The notes beneath the pieces are model-generated. The model was given only the letters and a program-made list of their open reading frames with translations. It had not been told where the DNA came from and ran no database searches. Source: Takakia lepidozioides (Eukaryota > Plantae > Bryophyta). From it: DNA of 64,000 nucleotides. The stretch lies in the NCBI GenBank assembly GCA_030704615.1, contig CM060731.1:25978001-26042000 (forward strand). Direction: 5' to 3'. Shown here piece by piece: positions 39,412 to 51,200 of this stretch (positions are counted from its first letter, which is position 1; every line of letters begins with the position of its first letter). The translations under genes and the position numbers were made by a program.

Positions 39412-41112
39412 ATGGCCGGCCCAAGCAGGTACAACATTGAAAACTCCCTCTTTTCGTCTTCTGTTTCATGTTTTGTGTTCATGTTCTCGATTCATGTGGT
39501 TCATGTCAATTCGTTTGGCTTCATTCTATGCTACACTGCACTGTCTTCATTGCACTCTCATCTGTGCTTCAGTGCTTCAATCCGTGCTTCAGTGCACATT
39601 TGGTTTCTGTTTCATTGTCTGATTCGTTGTTTGCTTCTTTCCTGCTTCATGCTCTGTCAATTCATTTCACTCTTGCTCCATTCTATGCTTCAGTGCACTC
39701 CTGCTTCATTGCTTCATTGTTGTTTTTCAATTCACCGATGGTTTATAAGGTGGTTTTGTGTGGTGGTTTTGTGTGCAATAGGGTTTCTATGTGCTTGTTC
39801 CGGTAGATTAGGTAATGGTTTAGGGTGGCGGGAGATTACCATGCTGGTTGTATAGCTTGTTTTGTTCAATGTGGTGGTGTTTTGAGGACAGTGGTTTCGG
39901 AATAGTCCGGATGTTTATTTCTCAACCGTTTTCTTGATCTCCAAATCCAGCGTTAGTTTGTTCATGTCAATATATTGTTGATGCATTTCTTCCCATTCCA
40001 TTTCAATTCTCGCCCGCCCCGCCATATCCAATTTTGCCCAATTTGGCAATTCTGAAAAACCACGATAGCCTAGTCTACTTGTATGCCACACTAGACATAG
40101 GCTAACATTAGGCTTCTTGCATGCCAGAGTAGACTATTCGTAGACCCATGTCATGCACATGAGGAACAAAAAACTGGAACCTCCACTGCCCAGTGGAGGT
40201 TCGTGTGATGTCTGTTTGGGGAAGCTGAAAGACATTTTTTTAAAAGTAAGGACGAAATCGGATAATTCGGGGAAAAATAAAAATCATTGTGAGAGGATGT
40301 GGGAACGATTGATGGAATGATACGTGTGACATTGTAAGTGTAACACATACTTTCTAACGAGATTGGATTACGATAATTGGGAACCTCCACTAGCTAGTGG
40401 AGGTTCGATATTTTTTTGGGTCAGCCAGTTACACACTCTGATAATTTTTTCTGTCAGTATGAGAAAGAGGAGCGTGGGTGTGGAACCGGTGTCTGACGAT
40501 GAGTACAAGACCGTCAGCTTAAAGTGGAGCAGGAGACGGTGTTCGGTAGACGTGATGGAAGCGGACCATCCAGATCAAGAACATGATGTTTTGAAACCAG
40601 ATGAAAAATCCAGTTGGGGGTTTACCGAGCCGAACAAAGTGTTTGGGATTGACGAAAATGTGACTGTAGAATCCCCACGAAACGCAGCCGAATCTCCCAA
40701 AAATAGACCTCAAGACTACTCCACGGATACCCTGGCGGAAATAAGAGATAGCGTTCATGAACACTCTGATGTCTATGGATCTCTTGCCTACTCCCAAGAT
40801 TCTCCGACATACAACCCTCCAGACTACTCCCCAGACACTTTGGCAGCGGTACGAGAGACAATTTTTGGATTTCCCACATCTCTGGGTTCCTCGCCAGCAT
40901 CTCCTGTATCCACCAAAGGATCTCCAGGATATTACCCTCCACACTTTTCCCTGGACACTACAATGAGAGAGGGAGTCCTTGAACCCCTGGACGTCTCTGG
41001 ATCTCTAGGATACTCCCCTGCGTCTCATGATAGTGTCACCGGATCCCCGACATATACCCCTCCAAACTATTCCCCTGATGCACTCAGGGCGATCAGAAGG
41101 AGCATTTTGTAG
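39412..41112 (+). CDS. Two-exon gene (39412-39428 + 40458-41112) for an unknown Ser/Pro/Tyr-repeat protein
   Basis: TATAA at ~39037; ATGGCCGGCCCAAGCAG|GTAC donor joins in frame to TTTTTTCTGTCAG|T acceptor (MAGPSSMRKR...). Four ~30-43-aa repeats of the form GSLxYSxxSPTYxPPxYSPDTL. Confidence 0.6.
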
Positions 41113-41464
41113 TGGTTGGGTATGCCGCAGACTTGTCTAAGTATAGTAGACGAATTCTTTGCGAGAAGTCCCTGAGTATTTTTTGGAGGTAACACAATTT
41201 TAAGTGAATCTGGACTAAAGTTTGGTCCAGAAATAAGGAGAAATATCTGAATAAGTATTTTTTAAATCATTTAAATGAATTTAAATGGATCATTTTAAAT
41301 ATAAATATAAAGATATAAATAATTGTTTGTCTATTAATATATAATATGAGCAATAAAGAAACATTATGTATAAACTTCAGGAGAAAAAGTAGTTTCTATT
41401 TGGCTCATAAAGCAAGTTCCACTATTCACTCGACGTTTAGTAAGATTTGAATGAGATACCAACA

Positions 41465-41535
41465 GTCAGTAGCTCAGTTGGTGAAGTGCACTGAATGCCA
41501 CCCAGATGATTATGGGGTCAAATCTTGCTACTGAC
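41465..41535 (+). other. Degenerate tRNA-like sequence
   Basis: A box TAGCTCAGTTGG, B-box-like GGTCAAATC; ends GTCAGTAG/CTACTGAC are complementary. Confidence 0.45.
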
Positions 41536-44201
41536 GAGTGTGGTATGTTCCTGGGTGGTGTCCCATTCCAACGCCACATGGCGGGGTTACTGTGAAAGAG
41601 GTTATACTATTAAGGGGGCCTGATTTGTGAGCTGTCGCTCCCAGGTGTTTCCATTACATTAAAAAATAAATTAAAAAAACGGGTGTCAGGTGATAACTCG
41701 CTTCATGATCCGCAGCCTGATGGATGATTGGATCACCAGTCATATTCGTAACCGCTGGGGAGTAAGTATGTTGCTCGTATGCTTCTGGAGAGTGGCTCGG
41801 TGGTGAGTACGTTGATGGAGAGAGTGACGTTTTCTGCGAAATCTTCAAGGAAATAGTGTTGGGTGACCAGTCGAGGTTCATCTGTGACGGGCTGTGGTAC
41901 TTCTGACGATTTATTGTAAAGCACTCGTAAACTGATCACCAACTAAATAATCTCAAAACTTACTAACCACCAACTAACTGATTGGAGCTGTCACAAGCAA
42001 TGTCAAAAATCCTATTTACTGCTAAGTGTTTGATGCTATTGTTGTTCCTGTAGCTGAATTGTATAATAGTCGTTTTGCTATTCCCATACGAACAGTATCA
42101 GGTCCCCAGAGACTGTCATATTCAGACTCCCGTATCAGCCACGACCCACCATCATTGACCAATATATAAAACCATCAGTTGCATGTCAGCTGAGAATTAG
42201 ATCTTCGATTCATTGTATGCGACTCCAGAGAAACACCCTATCCCACAAGTAGTTGGCCAGTAGCTTGAGATATTTCTCCGGGCTGTGATTGAATGAACTT
42301 GAGATTTCATTCTTAGCTGATGGTTTCATGTAGGTGGTGCCTGATTCTAATTTCGGAATATGACAGTCTCAGTGGACCTGATGTTGTTGGAATGGGAATA
42401 GAAAAAAGACTCCTATAGAAATCAGCTACATGAACATACACAGTATCAAGCACCTTGAAGTACATATGATTGTTGAGATTGTTTGCACAGATTGTTAGCG
42501 ACGGTGTTCCTCCTTTGGCGTCCAGTCCACATGAAAACGACGAGAATGTCGCTGGAGATTGACGTTCAATTGCTGATATTATGCCTCTTCGTAACACCAT
42601 TTTGGTGTGCAATGATGGACATCAGAACATGTCAGCTCTTAGAAAAGCACACGTGATTGCGCGATGTTAATCGTTGGTGTTCCTCAAAAGAATAACGGAT
42701 CTCCAAATGAAGGATATAGGAACAAAAAAAAACACCACGAGGATGTTGTCAATTGTTGGAGATCGGATTATGCAACTAGGGAGAATGACTTCAAACAACT
42801 TAAAGACTAGAATTATAAGATACTTGAATTATCCGCCAAGGAACAAGTGACACCATCAGCCCAGATGATTTGAGTGCGTGTTCTGAAACACATCAATGAA
42901 TCATCCAGGATGATGGTGTGAAATATTCCGGGACGGATTATCCGAATATCTTGAGTTCCCTCGCTGTAACTGACCTGCAATAACTCACTATGCCTGTAGA
43001 ATCATCACATCTTCAAATGACAACATTTTCGTTGTTGAATGCGTGAGCATAGAAAAAACATCACTTCGACCAATCACATGTGGCACTATTGAGGTAATAT
43101 AACACTTTGGCAGTCGGCTAGAGAACCAGGACGATGCTAAATTCCGTTTTTCGAACCACGAGTGATCGCGTGACAGATCTCTGCCTCTACCACCATTGAG
43201 AACCCCAAAGAGCCGAGTGCATCCAGATTTCAATCAACCACAGTGGTGCCATCAGTTCGTCAGGGAATGAATTTCGAAGCCGCCAAAATTACTTCAATCC
43301 ATTTGAAGAGTGATTTTAACAGAGCTTCGCAATCCGCTCAGGAACAAATGAGACGACCATCGTGGGAGCTTGAATTACGAGTTAGGAACCTGAATTCAGT
43401 CATAGATGATGATCTTGTCACTTGTTCCCCATCGTAATATGAAAACATCGGAAAATTTCTTCTCCCCCAACCTCCTCCAGCCTCCAACCTGATATGTTAT
43501 TGCTTAAACTGATAATGAAATCAACTTGTTTTGATAACATCTGATGGCACTGCTGATCCATGCTAGCTCCACAAGAGGATATATGAAGGAATCACGCGTG
43601 ATTTCTCTCAAACTTCGATGACTAACATTACAGCTGACATAACATTGATAAAGTTAAATAACGTATGTGTGTAATGAACAGGCCGGCCATAATTTAATTC
43701 ATCAATAACACAGAGTTGCTTCCCAAACGGCTCACACTCAACGCATATGTTCGAGATCGCCGTTGGTTACCACTGATGGCAGAATTCTGTGCACCCGAGG
43801 AGATGAATACAATAGGAGATTGATGTAAGATATGACCAGACACCTCACTAGTAGTTGTACTTGATGACCTTGACAAACGTAAAGCCTCGCGGTCCCTCCG
43901 CTCAGCCTTACGTTGCCGTTCCTCTTTCTTCTCCTGTCGAATTTGATTCTGAACTTGATACTGGAATATAACTGTGTGGAGGCAGCACAGAAGGGAATTA
44001 TTAAAGAAAATACAAAGATCATTGAAATATCATTGAGCTCACAAAAGTCATGTGAAGTCTACATACGTATAAGTACAAATGGAGGTTGAAGTAAAGCTGA
44101 TGGACTACACACAAAATAGGGCAATGTTAAACTACGTACCCAGATAATCGGGATCTTTTTGAGGGGGGGTGCCAAACAGAAGCATCAATAAATCTTCCAA
44201 A

Positions 44202-44935
44202 CTAGGACCAGTAGACGTGATTTCGATCTATCGGAGGGCCGGAAGATTTGCAGGAGTTCTTGCCGACGTAATCAACAACAGACTGGGCTCCAATCAAGCT
44301 AGAGAGAAAAGGCCACAAAGCTTTGGTGAGGTCAACCAAATCCTCCAAATTGCTTGATTCCTTGAATGTGATGGGGAAGACTCCAGTATTCACTGGGTTT
44401 TGGAGTGCCTTGGATGGGTCTTCGTCGACCAATAGAATTTGTCCTTGCCTAACAAATTCTTTCCCACTAAAATTTATGAGAATACTCTTAATATCTTTAA
44501 TAAGATATTTCATTCCAGGCTTAATATGTCCAACTGTATCTGTGCAATGCTCGGCAGACCATATGAAACGAAATTGTTTCATAATTTCCGGAGGAACGAA
44601 ACACTCCAACATCTTGAATACAGTATCCCTCTCAGAGCAAGACCAAATCGCTACATGAAAATGAGTCAATGCAAGTCGAAGAAACTCCAGCACTCCAGGT
44701 CTTGGAACCACAAATGGTGTTGCGGGTACCCGAATTGTTACTTTCCTCAAGTGGAACCTCTGTTTAAACAACTCTCCTCCGGTAGGACTCCGGTAGGAGG
44801 TGGCTTGTAGCAAAGAAGTCCATTGACACTCAGTACCGGCAACATGAGTTTGTGTTTCCGGACACCACACATTTCTTGAGTAACAACGTTCTGAACCATC
44901 CGAAAGAGCCCATTAGTTTTTTTTATCTGACCCAA
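44202..44935 (-). pseudogene. FCP1/NIF (CTD small phosphatase, HAD-like) domain pseudogene
   Basis: KLMLPVLSVNGLL (cf. LLVLDLNGLL), then after a frameshift RPGVLEFL..FHVAIWSCS..FIWSAEHC..KDI..ILLVDEDPSKALQNP. Confidence 0.75.
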
Positions 44936-46344
44936 AAATTAGGTATTTCCAATACATTTTGCAACTCAAAAAATGCCACGACATACTTGCGTTTTGTGGT
45001 TCACCTAGTTTCTATACCCTGATTTTCAAATGGAATATTTTGCGAAGGTAATATTTTTAGCATTACGACATCCAATTGAGACTTGAGACAAAAAATCACA
45101 ATTGGGAGTCTTTAAGTTTCCTGCAACCACGTTCGACCGCACGAGGTTACTTTGTGTAAAGTTGTGTCGACAATGTAAATGATATATATAATAATTACTA
45201 GGAAGCCAGAACCTGTCGTTTGGACAATGCCCGCCAGAAAAAACACGACACGTAATAGCTCTAAGAAAATTACCGCGGTGGAGGCGGAGAAAGCACGAGC
45301 AAATTTGGATAAGGCCAATCAACAGTCAGACAATGAAGACAATGCAACCTCGGACGGAGAACAAGGTTGACAATGACATATTGTGGAGGTTCACTCCTCG
45401 GCATGTTTTCAAGAATAAAACTAATGTTTTACCTCCACTCTCCATTTGTTTTTCTTCACGTGTTCAAATACTAATCTACCTTCTTTGCCAGCCACCAGCT
45501 TTTTTCTGGACCTCATCTCTGTAACGTTTCAGGAACCTCGAGTGATCATCCGGAGTTCCTAGTTTTCCTAATGTCACTACTTCCTTCTCTTTGCGGTTCC
45601 TCTCTCACATTACACCCATTTTTTTTGGTTCTCTGGTTCTCACCAAAGTGTCTTCTCCTCAACAGATTCGCCCATCTCCTTCATTCTCGGTCCACATGGT
45701 CGTATTGTTGGGCTCAATATGATTAGTCTAAAAAATGTCCTAAGTATAAACCGCGTGGCAATTTGTGAAAGTTGTTGCTTCAATGGACAAGCTTTCTCGC
45801 GGTTTACTGCTTGTGAATCTTGTGAATCTTGTGAATCTTCTCCCATTACTCGTCAGTAGCTTTCTGTAAGTTTGGCTTCAAGTACAGAGTTACATTTCAT
45901 TTACTGCCTTTTCGGACTATCTTAAGATTCTTCACAATTTTCTTCGTCGCTAATCAGTCCTGAACCTCGCTTTGCCACCCGTTATTCCATGTCATCTCAG
46001 GTCAATTTATCTTGGGTCTGTTTATCTTATTAGGACCTTCTAAAGATAATACTTCTGGGGCCTTCAGTCCTTACATTGTCCTCACCTTAAACCATATACC
46101 CTAAACCTAATTCGAATGTTTGATGCACATTCTTCAACGGTTACAAGGTTGGGCATAATAGAATGGCCCTTGGGATATTTCATTCAAGTCTTTTCTTAGG
46201 TTACAAGTCACTTGTACGCTTTCCCATATTTTTTGGTCCATTCATACCCAGTAGTATGTTTACTACACTACTCAACTCCGTACCCTAGAACCTAATTCCA
46301 ATGTCTGATGCCTATTATTGCTTCTAGTTTTGGGTGCGGTCGAA

Positions 46345-47010
46345 GTAGATGGACAGCAGCAGCGCTGACGGCACAGTATATTTGACAAAATCAGGCACCT
46401 AATATACAAGACCAGTACAGCTTCCGAAAAAGAACTAGTGCCTCAAGCAGGGAGGCCATGTATAGTGCGTTTCAGCCTAAGCACATGAGTGAGATGGCTG
46501 GAGGTGGACTGCAGTAGCAATATATAGCACTGATCAAGTAGGCAGAAGCAGGCCTTGGGCAATAATCAATTAGACGCTGCTCCATAAAGTTCTGATTATG
46601 CTCAATGTAGCACTCCTGCTCTGATTGAGTTTTGGAGAGATGATGGAAATAAATTAGTTTCAGCAGAGTAATATAAAAGAGTCATCGACATAGCTAAGCA
46701 TGGCTTGATTTGGCACGGTATGTCTGACCACCAAACTTCAAAGAGTACTGAAATCAATGCTAGTCAAAGAAAGAGTATGGTATTGTGCTCACAGTACCAT
46801 ACTTTTTTCTTTTTCTTTTTCTTTTTTCTTAAAGGGACAAAAATTTGGAAATGTATTTTTCCAGCAAAAGTACTTTTTCTATTTTTACTTTTTCCTTGGC
46901 CAGCGAAATTTTCCATATCATTTGCTGGCGAAATGCTGTTTTGTTTTTTGTTTTTTGTTTTGCTGTTGTTATTGATATTATAATATTGAAAGTATTATCT
47001 AGCTATTTCA
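46345..47010. repeat. Duplicate of host segments 21900-22103 and 27517-27880
   Basis: Direct sequence similarity, e.g. GTAGATGGACAGCAGCAGCG and GATTTGGCACGGTATGTCTGACCACC. Confidence 0.9.
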
Positions 47011-47499
47011 TATTTTCTTTTGATGGATAAACACATTCATTGTAATAGACCATGGATCCTGTTGATGCAACTTTGTCTTTCCCCAGCTGCTCCAGAGACA
47101 AGGTAAGGTCCTGATGCAAGTACTGCCTACTCTATTTCAACATCCCAGATTCAGAGTCACATTTTTGAGGCAAATTAAGAAGCAGAAGATAGTCGCTGCC
47201 GCAAAGCTGCGCATTATGCATTCATGACAGCCTTGACATATTCTGGAAAAAAATGCCACAAAGAATCTGGGTAATGCAGTGCAGTTTCTCTGGAAACCTT
47301 AAGAGTCTGGCACAATTCTATGCGACTGGATCATGAGACCATGTGCCACATTCTGTGGATGATATAACTTCTGGCAAGTCTCAGAGAGGCGGCTGAGAAC
47401 ACTGATGTTCACTGGGTGCACTGGGTGGCATAGCTGAAAACCTCAAGTCACTCATACATCCTCCAATACATGCAAGAACACAGGGAGATTATTAGCATG

Positions 47500-47642
47500 T
47501 GTTGGAGGTGTCAAGCTATAGCCCTTGCCCGGCACTCTGAGAACAGAGCGGACGGGTAGCTCAGTGGTAGAGCACCCCACCAGGATGGGGGAGGTCCTAG
47601 GTTCAATCCCTAGCCCAACCGCACGCCAGTGGTTTTCCAACA
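47500..47642 (+). mobile_element. 143-bp solo LTR containing a tRNA-like sequence (Helenus-like TRIM)
   Basis: TGTTGGA...TCCAACA terminal inverted repeat; perfect GCATG TSD (47495-47499, 47643-47647); internal cloverleaf at 47550-47621. Confidence 0.85.
47550..47621 (+). ncRNA. tRNA-like (pseudo-tRNA) sequence with intact A/B boxes
   Basis: D arm GCTC/GAGC; anticodon stem CCCCA/TGGGG with a 6-nt loop; T arm CTAGG-TTCAATC-CCTAG; acceptor stem 5/7 paired; TTTT at ~47633. Confidence 0.7.
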
Positions 47643-48261
47643 GCATGGACATGGAAAGCCGTCTTCCACCATCATCCATTTTCTAAGTATACAAATTTGC
47701 TGCAAGTTCTACCATCTATCTGAAATGCGTGGTTTCATTTATTATTCTACCAGGAGTCCCGCGAGTCCTAAATTTCCCGGGGTTTGATCTGCCTACCCCA
47801 CATGCTGCTATTATTCAAAACTGGGTTGGGAAGATCTACTCCTCAGCTTCTCAACCTGTGCTTTGTCATCAGTTGTGCCCAGGCTAGCTTTCACAGCACA
47901 TACAGGGCAGTCAACTCAACTCCACAATCTACTAGTTCACAACCAGTCTGTGAGGTTGAACCACTATTGCAACCATCCTTACCCCACTTCAATGACGAAA
48001 AGAAGAGACAGACCAGGAATATTTAGTGACCACACCTACTTGGCAAACTGAACCGCAGAAGCCTTCTTCTGTATCTCAAAGTTTGTTCTGAAGCAAGCGG
48101 CCTCAGATACCATATAGAGCAGGTTGGGAGAGCAAATCAAGAAGGTGTGACAGACAATTAGGGCCAGAGGGTGTGAGAAAGAGCCATCTCCATGTGGGGT
48201 TTTCAAATGCTGTGATCTCTCCTTTGACACAAAAAGGGCATCAACCTCTCCCCTTGCTTTC

Positions 48262-51200
48262 TTATTCACTTTTGAAGCGGTGCGCCAGCTTCTCGGCTTC
48301 CCCTTTGCATCCATCGACAAACTTCTTTGCCCCTTCCACAACATTCGTCGACACTCCCCCTACTGCTGCTTTAACACCGTGTGCTTTATCACCCACTGCT
48401 GATTGCACACCCTGAGCTTTTTTCACAACTGCTACTTGTACATCCTGCACTTTTTGCCCCACTGCTGATCGTACATCCTGCACCTTTTGACCCACTGCTG
48501 ACTGTCCATCCAGCAGTTTTTGCCCCACAAAGGACAGAAGATCCCGTTGCAAATGCTGTGCCTTTCTCCCAACTTCCTGCAAAGCTTCGACAAGCTTTTG
48601 AAGCACACCAGTTACAACCCTATTGGTAGCCTCCCAAGATCTAACTATTGTGTCATTGACTTTGGTTTTAAGATCATCTCCCTGAGACAGGAAACCTTGC
48701 ACAGGAAGACGGTCAACATTGCTCAGCTCAATCCTGGCACCATCACCTTCCCAGCTTGACCCCAGAATATTATCTTCCTTGTCCATAGTCCCTTGATCCT
48801 CTTTCCTCTCCCAGCGTTTCCTGGCTTCCTCCAAAACTTTCCCGTGTGCGAGTAACTTTTTTGCCTCATTCTCTGCCCATAATCTATCAACAAAGACAGA
48901 TGGTGGATGGTGAGTAACAATCTCCCTTCAAAAAACATACATGAATAGGAAGGAACAAGGTACTGATGATAACTTACATATTTCAGTCTCTCTCTCTCAC
49001 CAATGAACCTTGAAAGAAGGGGAAATAGACGAGTAGCATTGCTTCATCTGTATACCTGACTAGTGTAAGCGCTTTTCTCTCAACTGCAACTTCAGTTTTG
49101 ATTCTGGATATTTCTTGCCTTTCCGCTTCCGCTTCAATCCGCGTTTTTTCAAGTGTCTCTTTTTCCATGGAGACTTCTGCCCGGAGGGTGGACAGTGTTT
49201 GTAACTGTTCATCAGCCTGCTGTCTATACTCATGCAAAAGAGCTCTCTCCGAATCTACAGTTGCACGATCCTTCAGAAGTGAATCCCTCTCCTCATCCCT
49301 CGTAGCCTTCACCTTCTCCAACTCTGCCCTGAGTTCCTCAATCATCTTTTCAGCTTGCTCTGTCTTTCTCTTATCTGTTTCCAATTCTTCATTGAACTGA
49401 CCATCAAGTTCTCTTTGGGCCCGAATTTCATTAGCAATATGGGCTCTAACCGCCTCTTCCGCTATGTGCTCCGCTTCCAGTCTGGCTAGCTCGTCTTCCA
49501 CATGTTGAGCAACGTCCCCAGATGTAAGAGCTATGGCAGCCTGGGCTTTAGTTGTAGGGTTTTCAGGTTGAAACCTTCTTGTAAAACCTGCCAGCAATGG
49601 GTCCAAATCATAGAAAACAACCGTTACCTTCCATATTCTTGCAAGGTTTGAGCTGCCAAGTCTGTGATCTATAGTACAGTTGAAAATTAAAAAATTCTCA
49701 TCTTGGATAGAATGTTTAGAAGCTTATACCAAATGCAGAGGCTATGATGGACTGCTCTCCTGCAGACAGATCAGCCGCAAGCATTGGCCATGCATCTTTG
49801 TGAATTCGGTCAATATCAATAAAACCAGATATTTCCTGCAGAGCCTGTAATCCAAACGCACTTAGTGTCAAGGTTGGTCAGAAAAAAAACAAGTGAACTT
49901 ATTACAGAATGAGAACCCTTGAATTTGTAAGTCATAAAGAACTCTTAACGAACTTAAAGAATACAAGTGAAAAGCAAGAGTCAGCATCGAAACCCAGTGC
50001 CCCACAAAAGGTGACAAACACGTTCCCTTCTCAACTCGGACACAAATGACAGCCATATCCCCCCCTCTCAGTAGGGGTTGGGAAGGAGAAAATGACCGTT
50101 GCAATTGATGTCTGACCAACAACACAGTCACCTTCTGCATCCCAAATTATTCAACTTTTCTTTAAGGTCATCTTCCCATACCTTCTTATCAACGCCTGGC
50201 AGGTGGCGTTGTTCAAAAGCAACTTTCCAGCTCACCAGATCCTGTCGTGAGAGTGGGCTGCAGACAAAATGAACAGCACACCAATCAGCTCTTCTTTGTT
50301 ACGTTCACAGCTCCTCTTTTGCAAACTAAAATTTCAAGTGGATCCAGGCAAAATGACCACAGGAAGCTTTGTAGACACCACTATGACATCATTACGGTCA
50401 CACCAGATGCATGCTGCTTTAAATATCGACTGTGATAGTAAAAGAAAATTGATTGCTCATCCTAGATCTTCCAAATCAAAGAGAATTAATAAACCACATC
50501 AGATATTTCCGATAGCTACCTGTCTGGTTGAAAAAAAGCCCCAGACACTTCGCCTTTAGATGCTCCATTTTTGTACTCCGCATCAGTGCGAGAGAGATTA
50601 CTGGATATCAGCCCTGCTTCTGCTAGGCCTGCCATGAGTCGATTGCATACTTTCTCAGAGAAAGGTGCCATGTCTGAACAGACACCAACACTTGCTTCCA
50701 CCACAGTTTGCTATTTATGCCCAACCAGGGCTCAGGAGTTCTAAAATTTCTCTTTGTAGAGCCGGTAGCATATACTCTTGATTGCCATCAGATGGTATAT
50801 CCATGTAAATTTAGTAAAGTTGTTCTCACCTCACTCAGAACACAAGAAATGAAATGAAATGGTACTTTATAACACTCAGAACACAGAACACAAGAACTCA
50901 CTCAGAACACAAGAAAGAAAGAAAATGAAGTTGTCATTGCGTATATGCAACCTTGAATGTAGGGGAAATCGGGATCTTCAACAGAAACGTCGTCAAATGC
51001 CAGTTCAGTAATGCTTTCAATGTACATTGCTGGAAACACCTTGGAAGCAGAGCTCCTGCACCCTCCATCCCCATTCTCTACGTTGTTAACCCCTGCATGT
51101 TGAAGCTACAACTAGTACAACAGTATGAAAGAAATAATTTAGGGATTCAACCAGCAAAGAGGGAGCAAAGTTAGCTAAATGCAGATCCCAGCAACCATTG

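Larger units (their letters stand above)
31158..46344. mobile_element. Large (~15 kb) composite insertion with a Helitron-like left terminus and nested elements/cargo
   Basis: Interrupts the duplicated host block: homology to copy 1 stops at ~31150 and resumes at ~46345. Left terminus is shared with 23008. Confidence 0.55.

Noticed and set aside
39214-39855. 213-aa ORF as a gene
   Set aside because: The frame runs from the 5' region into T-rich intron-like sequence; the spliced model fits better.
47550-47621. Functional tRNA gene
   Set aside because: 6-nt anticodon loop, two acceptor-stem mismatches, and enclosed in a TSD-flanked TG..CA unit.
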